Positions 56,769 to 64,000 of a stretch of 64,000 bases of DNA are shown here, piece by piece. A program made the position numbers and the translations under genes. Where the stretch lies: contig CAVPRW010000020.1 of NCBI GenBank assembly GCA_963707985.1, forward strand, positions 69,199-133,198. The letters run 5' to 3'. The DNA comes from an uncultured Nitrospinota bacterium (GTDB lineage Bacteria; Tectomicrobia; Entotheonellia; J063; CAVPRW01). The first letter of the stretch is position 1; the number at the start of each line of letters is the position of its first letter. The notes below the pieces were generated by a model. It was not told the origin of the DNA. It ran no database searches and was given only the letters and a program-made list of their open reading frames with translations.

Positions 56769-58865
56769 CTACGGCATGAGCGCCACCAGGTCTGCGTAGG
56801 CGATGCGAAGCTTGGCCACGAATTGGTTCCTCTCCTGCGCCTTGAGGTGCCGGGACTGCGCCGTGGTCTTCTTCTCATACGGATGGGACACCGGCAGGTG
56901 GTTGCGGCGTGTGTTCATCTCCCTGAAGCAGTCGCCGATAGTCGGGCAGTTTTGCGAGAACGGTCCGTTCTCGTCGAGCGTGACCCCAAAGTCCACCAAC
57001 TGCCCCTTCTTGTCGATGGTGGTGCAGGCCCCGGCGTGTCCCGTCGCCTTCAAGTGACGCTGGAGCGTAAGGAAGACCGTCTGGTTGAACGAGTTCTGGC
57101 ACGCCAGCCAGAACGAGCGCCCGCCGGCGAACGTGGCCTCGGCTTGCTTCAGGAGGCCGAGCGCATACACGTACTCCCCGCCGAGCAGCTGATGCCAGGA
57201 CTTGTCCCGTGGTACCCCGTACCGAGCTTTGAGGATCTCGCCGATCGGATCAACCTTGCGTCCCGGAGCGGAGATCACCCCGAGTTCCCGCAGCGTGTTG
57301 CCCACCTGGGACGGCAGGTTAGACGCCTGGAGCCCAAAGGTCGTGGGTGTCAGCCCGCGCTCATGAAGAGCCGAGCACACTGAAAGCCCCGGCTCCGGCG
57401 ACGTTCGTCTCAGGTAGGTCTCAACTATCCCGCCCTTCGCGAATGCAGCATCGGGCAGCACTGGAGCCAAGAGCGACTGAAGCAACGGCGCCTGGAATTT
57501 CAGGAACCTACTGTGGCGGGATGTCGTCAGATCCTCCGATACGCAGAGAAAGTGACAGGCGCCCCACCGCTCCACGAAGTTTTCCTGCGTCTTCTGCTTT
57601 GCGATGGCGATGGCTCTCGTCGTGAGCACCCCCTTGTCGCTCGCAGTCATGGAGCGACTCTCCCGGCGGTAACGGGCAAGCACCTGCCACGCCTCGCCGC
57701 GAACGTAAGGGTACGGGTTATGCTCGACGATGGCCAGGCAGAGCCGCTCGATCGGCTTCCGGTATTCAAAGCGGCCGAGGTAGGCGAAAAACGCATCGGC
57801 ATGCTCGGGGTGATGAGGAATGAGCCGTAGCACCAGCTTGAGGAGATCGGTGTCAGGCTCGGCACGGTAGAGGACGTAACGCAGCCGCGTCTTGTCGGTC
57901 ACTCTGTACGGCTTGCCCCCAATCGCGGAGAGGAAGGCCCACCGGGCCTCTTTCTGCTCGATTTTCTCGGAGCCGGCTTCATGCTGAGGGTCCGAGATGC
58001 TGGGGAGCATTCCCATTGCATCCTGCATGCTTTGGGCGCGCTTGATGGCGAACTTGCCCGTCTGCGGTATGAGCCCGCGCTCACGGCAGTGGCGTTCGAG
58101 CTCGATCAGGTCCGCTCGAACCTCGTCCTCCGTCGCGCCGAAGAGGCGGACATCATCGACGTACCGGATGTACCCTCTGTGCTTCTGGAGCGCGAGGTCG
58201 ATTGGGAGCAGGAAACACTCGGCGAGGAAGTCCGATGCGAGCGGACCCTGTGGCAGGCCATGGCCGTGCCCGGATGCCGCGCGCTCAGAACTCCATGTCC
58301 GCAAGCACTGGGCGATCCAGTCGAGATCGCCGTTGGTTGTTCGCGGGTAGATCGTCCTCAGCAGGAGCTCGTGGGAAATCGTGTCGTAGAAGGCGGCAAG
58401 GTCGAAGTCCCCCACCCAACGCATCCCGCCTTGATAGTGCTTGCGGATCCGCCGCTGAAACGCCCCGTAGGTATTCTGCCAACGGCGGAAGAAGAAGATG
58501 CTGTCGTGCTTCTCGAGGATGTTGCTGAAGACCACTTTGAATTGAAGCGGTGCGCGCCGACGCTGCATTCGCTTCGCCGCGAGATTTGCGAACGCCTGCA
58601 GAACGATTTGGTCCTCGATATTGAGCAGCGCGAGTGGGCGATGAAGTCCCGATACCTTCGGAAGGTATATCCTCTCCGGGTGACGAGGCGTGAAGGCGCC
58701 GCCAAGAAGCCGTTGTCGGAGGTCCCGCAGGTTGGCGTCGAGTGCAACTTCGTAGGCGTAGTACAGGCTGCGATACAGCCGCTTGTACTGGTAGTTGCCC
58801 CCGGTGGTGATTCGCCTCCAAGCCAGCTCAAGATTGCCTCGGTTTGCGAGCTGACTGAGTTTCAT
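56769..58865 (-). CDS. UG/Abi-like reverse transcriptase with helical-repeat region and C-terminal HEPN-like R-x6-H motif
   Basis: PKVSGLHRP, DLAAFYDTISH, GLPQGPLASDFLA, YIRYVDD; ~400-aa helical extension; RRNHLPVSHPY. Confidence 0.88.
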   Translation of the reverse strand: MKLSQLANRGNLELAWRRITTGGNYQYKRLYRSLYYAYEVALDANLRDLRQRLLGGAFTPRHPERIYLPKVSGLHRPLALLNIEDQIVLQAFANLAAKRMQRRRAPLQFKVVFSNILEKHDSIFFFRRWQNTYGAFQRRIRKHYQGGMRWVGDFDLAAFYDTISHELLLRTIYPRTTNGDLDWIAQCLRTWSSERAASGHGHGLPQGPLASDFLAECFLLPIDLALQKHRGYIRYVDDVRLFGATEDEVRADLIELERHCRERGLIPQTGKFAIKRAQSMQDAMGMLPSISDPQHEAGSEKIEQKEARWAFLSAIGGKPYRVTDKTRLRYVLYRAEPDTDLLKLVLRLIPHHPEHADAFFAYLGRFEYRKPIERLCLAIVEHNPYPYVRGEAWQVLARYRRESRSMTASDKGVLTTRAIAIAKQKTQENFVERWGACHFLCVSEDLTTSRHSRFLKFQAPLLQSLLAPVLPDAAFAKGGIVETYLRRTSPEPGLSVCSALHERGLTPTTFGLQASNLPSQVGNTLRELGVISAPGRKVDPIGEILKARYGVPRDKSWHQLLGGEYVYALGLLKQAEATFAGGRSFWLACQNSFNQTVFLTLQRHLKATGHAGACTTIDKKGQLVDFGVTLDENGPFSQNCPTIGDCFREMNTRRNHLPVSHPYEKKTTAQSRHLKAQERNQFVAKLRIAYADLVALMP

Positions 58866-59060
58866 CTCGCCCTCTCCTACCTCTTACAGCAACGGCGTCA
58901 ATTCCTCCCCAACATGCGACCTGCTTGTAATCAACATAGAGGATTGGGTGTCGACGCGCTCGCGGAGGTCACGAACTCGCCATCCAATCATCGAATGGTC
59001 GTGCAACTCAACCGCTTTGAGCGACTCTGACGATGGGTATGCTACCCGCGGCCTTCGTCT

Positions 59061-59147
59061 GCCCAACGGTCCGGTTCAGCGGCGGCGCGCTGACCTTCGC
59101 GCCTTGGCACTTTATCCATCACCGTCCGCTGCAACCGGTTGTTATGT
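59061..59147 (-). other. attC site (dGTPase cassette)
   Basis: ACATAAC AACCG GTTGCAGC GGACG...CGCCGCC GCTGAAC CGGACC GTTGGGC immediately after the stop codon. Confidence 0.92.
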
Positions 59148-60487
59148 TTATAGTCTATCAAAGAGCGAACCAACATCAGGGGTAAACAATCTGTGATATA
59201 GCCTTGTCGCATAGGGATCAGTCATGCCTGCAACGTAATCACATATAACTCTCTGTTTATTATCGGGGGAGCCGTATTTCTCAAAATCGGATTTTTGCAG
59301 GAGGCGATGCGGATTTGCAGACAATACCTCAAAGAGCCTTAGAACCGTTTGTTGCCCCTTGAACTCTAGGCCTTGTACCTCGGGCCTTAGTATTACATGG
59401 TCAAAAATAAATTTCTTAAATGTACTCAATATTTTTGCTGCCGGCGACATCATTTGTGCCTGGTACCTGAGCAGCTGGCATTCAAATTTCTGATCTTCCC
59501 TTATCTCTATACTTTTAATAAAGAAGTCGACGAGCTTACTTATGGCATGTTTTCGATACTTACTCGAGTCGGAAGATAAATTATCCTTATAGAAATCTAG
59601 GTCAGATTTGATATCGTTTTCTGGCATAGTCTCGATTGTTGAAGCTACTTGATTTTTCCATTGCCTTAAGGTGACTAGATCAAGAGCAACTGCATCTTCT
59701 AAGTCATGGACACCATAAGCGATATCATCTGCCAGCTCCATAATTGAAGTATCGAAGGACTTATAGATGGACTTTGAATGCTTATCTCTATGACGATCAA
59801 TCGTTCGAAAGAGATTCTTGTCTCTGTCGCTCAATGGATGGAGAATCCAGTCGAGGACCTCTGTTTCTTCATCATGGATGCACTTAGGAGGCTTTGCATA
59901 GTCTATGTTTCTGAAGCCCGAATTGCCATTCTCTTGCTCAGAGTAAAAACTGACATCCCTATGCAGAACAGGATATTTAAGCACACCAAGCATTGTACGC
60001 CTGGTCAAATCCAATCCATGGTCGATAGAGTACTCGCCTAACCTAGCAATTATTCTTAATGTTTGACCATTTCCTTCAAAGCCGCCATGATCTTTCATGA
60101 AGAAATTCAGGGCAATTTCTCCCCCATGCCCAAACGGTGGATGGCCTAGGTCATGACCAAGGCAAATTGTTTCGATCAAGCTGAAGGAGGGAAGCCACAT
60201 CATATATTCTGGATTATCAGAATACTTTTCTCGTAAATGTTCGCAAGTTCCTGATCCTATCTGGGCAGCCTCAAGCGAATGAGTTAACCGCGTACGGTAA
60301 AAGTCACTTTCGCCAAGACTTAAAACCTGGGTCTTAGATTGGAGCCTTCTAAAGGCTGCAGAGTGAATGATACGCGCCCGATCTCTTTGGAAGTCGCTAT
60401 CGTTCGTTAGCGAATTGAAAGGCTTTGGCTTTTTGGCTTTCTTTGGCTTCCTTCCACATCGCTTCTTCTTTCTATCCAGGGATCCAT
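59148..60487 (-). CDS. Anti-phage-type dGTPase (HD domain); ATG at 60487, probable frameshift in an A-rich N-terminal stretch
   Basis: FQRDRARIIHSAAFRRLQSKTQV, RTRLTHSLE, HDLGHPPFGH, FEGNGQ, MELADDIAYGVHDLED, DYVAGMTD; AT-rich; AAGGAG RBS. Confidence 0.88.
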
Positions 60488-60503
60488 GAAAACTACTCCT
60501 TAA

Positions 60504-60591
60504 ACATAATGCCGGGCCTGAGCTGCGGCTGGAAGCGGGAGCGACACAGGAGCGGACGCTGTAAGCCGGCAGCTCCAGGCCTTGGTTGGGC
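60504..60591 (-). other. attC site (hydrolase cassette); R' reads ATTATGT
   Basis: GCCCAAC CAAGG CCTGGAGC...GCTCAGG CCCGGC ATTATGT. Confidence 0.88.
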
Positions 60592-60659
60592 AAGGTCTGG
60601 TAGCAACCGTACGCCCAGAGACCCGACCCGTTTTCTTCTTCCCGGTACAGTCCATGCGC

Positions 60660-61436
60660 CTACCCGAGCAAAAAGTGAGACACCGCTTCGGCATACATTG
60701 TAGGCGCCGTGGTCATGCCTTCGTGCGCCTGGCCAGAGAGTGCTTCGATGCGGACATCAGGGAGGACGGCGGCGAGCGCGTCGGTGACGTAGAGGTCGCG
60801 GGGGCTTGCGGTACCGATCTGGAGCAGTACCGGTACGTGCAGGTAACGAAAGCGCTCGGGGCGAAAGTCGTAGCGGGTGAGCGCTTGCAAATCACCCAGC
60901 GTTGCCTCTGCATCGGCGATGATGGGCTGCCACAGCTCTGTTGCCTGCAGGTGGTCCAGGTCATGAACGGGGACACACAGGACGTCGCGGAAGAACGTCA
61001 GGGCGAAATCTTCCCAATGACTGGCCCGTGCGAGCGCTTCAAGCCGCGCCAGGGCCTCTGTGCTGATGGCGTGCGGCCAGGGGGGCTCGTAGAGCACGAG
61101 CTTGCGCACGCGGTCCGGGACGGTGGCGGCGGCGGCGAGCGCGACCTGCGCGCCGTAGGAATGACCAAGAAGAAACAGCGGCTCGCCGATCGAGTGCATG
61201 AGCGCCACAACGTCCATACTCTCATCGTCGAGGCTGTGACCTTCCGTCGCGTCCGTCTCACCCCGGCCACGGCGGGCCATGGCATACACGGTGAACTGCT
61301 TCTCGAAAAGTGGCTTCACTAACTCCCAGTTTGTCTTGTGATCACTGAAGCCGCCATGCACAAGCACGAGCGGTGGCCCGCTACCATACTTTTCATAGGA
61401 AACAGTGGCGCGAGCCGGTGAGGTGAGGCGCTGCAT
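60660..61436 (-). CDS. Alpha/beta hydrolase (cassette gene)
   Basis: GSGPPLVLVHGG, RRGRG, GHSYG, LVLYEP, QAH. Confidence 0.9.
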   Translation of the reverse strand: MQRLTSPARATVSYEKYGSGPPLVLVHGGFSDHKTNWELVKPLFEKQFTVYAMARRGRGETDATEGHSLDDESMDVVALMHSIGEPLFLLGHSYGAQVALAAAATVPDRVRKLVLYEPPWPHAISTEALARLEALARASHWEDFALTFFRDVLCVPVHDLDHLQATELWQPIIADAEATLGDLQALTRYDFRPERFRYLHVPVLLQIGTASPRDLYVTDALAAVLPDVRIEALSGQAHEGMTTAPTMYAEAVSHFLLG

Positions 61437-61462
61437 AGGTTGGTCTCCAGTCGCTTAAGTTA

Positions 61463-61567
61463 GCCCAACGACTCGCCTGAGCGGCCGCCGACGAGCGAAG
61501 CGAGGAGGGTACCCAGCAGCGAGCGGAGCGACGCTGTTGGGCGGTCCGCTCCAGCCGATGGTTAGCC
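61463..61567 (-). other. attC site (nuclease cassette)
   Basis: GGCTAAC CATCG GCTGGAGC GGACCGCC...GGCGGCC GCTCAGG CGAGTC GTTGGGC; stop codon overlaps R''. Confidence 0.92.
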
Positions 61568-62041
61568 ACCGCTCCCCCGAGTAACCTCAGCGTTGACGGT
61601 GTCAGTTGCATGTGCGACCTCGTGAATCGCGGCGAAAACGTGATCGAATACCCGCAACGCATACTCGCGAGGATTGACAACGGTGTCGACACTGATGCGG
61701 AAATACTTAGCCAAAGTCCTTGCTCCGGCTGTTGGCTCCTTTGTTGAAACGAGCGATCCGTGAACGCGAGGAGTGCAGACAACCGCGCTGATGTCAGCCA
61801 TGCGCGCAGCCAAGACCAGCACGGGCTCTACGTCCACGGGTTCTGTCCAGTACTTACATTCGATGAGCAGCAGGTCAGTGGAGTTGTTTACTGTGGCATC
61901 GATCTGGTGAGCAAACCCGGACGCGCCAGTGACGCGATTCTGAGCGCCACCGTTAACTGTGCAGGGTCCGAGGGCGTGCGCGGTTGCCGTAAGTTCCTGG
62001 ACCATCGTCCGGACGAGGGTCTCGTATTCCTCGTGTGTCAT
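61562..62041 (-). CDS. Mrr-like PD-(D/E)xK restriction endonuclease domain protein (cassette gene)
   Basis: EEYE.LV, GASG..HQID, LLIECKYW..PVD. Confidence 0.75.
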   Translation of the reverse strand: MTHEEYETLVRTMVQELTATAHALGPCTVNGGAQNRVTGASGFAHQIDATVNNSTDLLLIECKYWTEPVDVEPVLVLAARMADISAVVCTPRVHGSLVSTKEPTAGARTLAKYFRISVDTVVNPREYALRVFDHVFAAIHEVAHATDTVNAEVTRGSGG

Positions 62042-62059
62042 GCGCTACCTTTCGGGGGC

Positions 62060-63987
62060 ATCGCGGTAGGACCGCCAGTTACCCGACGGCCCCCGCACAG
62101 ATCCCGGCGTGCGGTTTTCTCGCACCGGGCTCTTCAGACATACTCGCTTCCGCATGTCGGCTTAGGCCATGAGGGTTGCCTGCCTCGTCTTTGGTCGCCC
62201 AACGATCCGTGGTCGCGCAACTTTGAAGCGCTCCAGGACTGTCTGTGTCGCCTTGCCAGGTATAGCTGTGGCGTTGGCTACGCCGGTTGAGCCACTTCAG
62301 CAGAATCCGCATGGCACTGTTGAAGAACTGCTTTCAGGCTGGCGGCATTCCCGTGGACTCCGTAGTACTGGTAGTACCCCCGGAGCTTGGCGTTCAGCCG
62401 CTGGCAGAGCACTGCGCAGCCGGAGGTGCCGATTCTCCTTGCACCACGCGGTGAAGCGCTTCAGGGACGCTCCGGAGTTTCTTGCGGGCGGTGCGGCGCT
62501 TGCAGGTGCGCTTTCCCCGCGCGATCCTTGCCCCATCGAAACTCAAACCCCAGAAACTCGAAGCTGGTTCTGGCCCGGCGTGCTCGGTGCCGACTGAACG
62601 GGATGCATCCGTGTCTTGGCCGCCGACAGCTCCAGTCCGAACTTCTCCAGCCGTTGCCCCAGCACGTTGTAGAAGCGTTCCGCATCTGCTTGGTACTTCG
62701 AACGCGCACACGAAATCGTCCGCGTAGCGGATCAGGCACGCTTCGCCTCGACAGTGCGGCTTGACCACTTTCTCAAACCACAGATCGAGCACGTAGTGCA
62801 GGTAGACGTTGGCCAGGATGGGTGAAACCGACGCCCCCTTGCGGGGTCCCCGTCGCCGGGTGGAGCACCTGGCCGTCGGTGTCCAGCACCCCGGCTTTCA
62901 GCCACTTCCGGATCAGCCGCAGCAGCGCGCCGGTCGTCAATCCGCTCTGCCAGCATCTGGAGCAGCCAGTCGTGGTCGATGGTGTCGAAGAACCTTGTGA
63001 TGTCCGCTTCGACCACGTAGTGGTATCGCCCGAACTGGAGCTTGATCGTCAGCTTGTCCACGGCCTCCAGGGCTCCGACCTGCGGCCGATACCCATAGCT
63101 ACAGCGCAGGAAGTCCTGCTCGTAGATGGCTTCGAGGATGCGCGCCACCGCCAGTTGCAGCAGCTTGTCTTCCACCGCGGGGATTCCCAGCGGACGCAGC
63201 TGTGCCATTCCCTTTCGGAATATCAGTGCCGTCTGACGAGTTTGGCCCGGTACCGCTTCTGCTTCAGACGCTCCACGAGGTCCTGGATGTTCTCGTCCAG
63301 GTGCTGCTCGTAGTCCTGGGCACTGACCTGATCCACCCCGCGGCGGCATTCTTCCGGATGTCGCGCCAGCACTGCTGCAGGAACTCCTCGTTGAGCATCC
63401 CGTAGAGATTGCGGAACCGATAGCCCTTTTGGCTTGCGCCTTCTTCGCTATTCCCCGCAGGGAGGTTGGCATTGTGTGTCCGGTCCTTCATGTCCGGGCC
63501 ATGTTTCCTGTGCAGGCTGCGTATCCCTGTCCGCCCCTTCCCCCTGTGGACGGCTCTCCCGTCTCCGAGTACTATGAGTGGATCTGACGCCCTCACGGTC
63601 CTCGGCCCTCCTTTGCGGGTGGCCTACCTGCGGCTTGCCCCCAGGAACCGTCAGGGCCTCCCAAGTTCTTGACGCTTCTCTCCACGCATACCACGCTCTT
63701 CGTGGACCCCGGCAGACCCTCGGGAATCTCACCCAAGCGCTTCCTCTGTGTGGGCTTCTGGCGCGTTAACACCATCGCCGTCTGCATTAGCCGCTCTAAC
63801 GGGGCTGTCTCAAGCTTCAGGGAGTGCGGTCTCCCCTGCGGTCTACGTGGTTCCCTGTGTACGCTTCACCCGTGTCGTTCGGTTCGCACCTCCTTCACAG
63901 GTGCAACACTCGGTACGGGTGGTTGGTTAGACCTTACCCCGCAGGGACTTTCACCCTGCAAGAAGCGCCAAGCTTCGCTTGGCGCAC
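62060..63987 (-). mobile_element. Group II intron (bacterial class E-like) inserted in an attC core site
   Basis: 5' GTGCG at 63987; domain V GAGCCCGGTGCGAGAAAACCGCACGCCGGGATC, domain VI ending CTACCGCGAT at 62060; exons rejoin as GTTA|GCC. Confidence 0.92.
62162..63472 (-). CDS. ltrA: Group II intron RT/maturase, no endonuclease domain (multiple frameshifts)
   Basis: RPLGIPAVEDK, SYGYRP, EADITRFFDTIDH, GTPQG, LANVYLHYVLDLWF, IRYADDF, FEFLGF. Confidence 0.88.
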
Positions 63988-64000
63988 TAACGCGGGGCGT

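Noticed and set aside
62162..63472. DGR or defence role for the second RT
   Set aside because: It is flanked by canonical group II intron 5' GTGCG and domains V/VI, so it is an intron maturase.

Overview
This is a GC-rich (roughly 60-65%) bacterial chromosomal window. Many otherwise intact genes carry single-base frameshifts, which suggests an uncorrected long-read or MAG consensus. Gene content (LLM monooxygenase, double CoA-transferase, DUF1501/DUF1800/NHL, AAA-TPR relics) resembles Candidatus Tectomicrobia/Entotheonella-like organisms; this is inference only. Ordinary metabolic genes (chaN-like, leuA, LLM, CoA transferase, MFS, flavoprotein, SDR, AceE-like E1, crotonase, cobW, cobK) surround four accessory zones. 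(1) 7.9-18.7 kb: a type I RM locus, hsdM-hsdS-[PtuA/PtuB Septu-like, HigBA, VapBC]-hsdR. HsdR appears to end in a LexA/S24 peptidase domain, and the cargo is interleaved with hsdR/hsdS relics and attC half-sites. (2) 20.3-24.3 kb: an EACC1 + membrane-anchored caspase + lipoprotein operon. (3) 26-37 kb: a pseudogene/IS graveyard, a secreted S1 protease with a separate propeptide-only paralog, and a cobalamin riboswitch upstream of a ferredoxin. (4) 56.6-64 kb: an integron cassette array on the minus strand, with four complete attC sites whose R'/R'' boxes match cassette by cassette. It carries an Mrr-like nuclease, an alpha/beta hydrolase, an anti-phage-type dGTPase and a 698-aa UG/Abi-like reverse transcriptase with a HEPN-like motif and a structured ~195-nt leader. 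A group II intron sits in a fifth attC core site, and the array's last attC is fused directly into the middle of cobL at a GAT triplet. The RT cassette with its putative ncRNA is the best candidate for an undescribed defence system.
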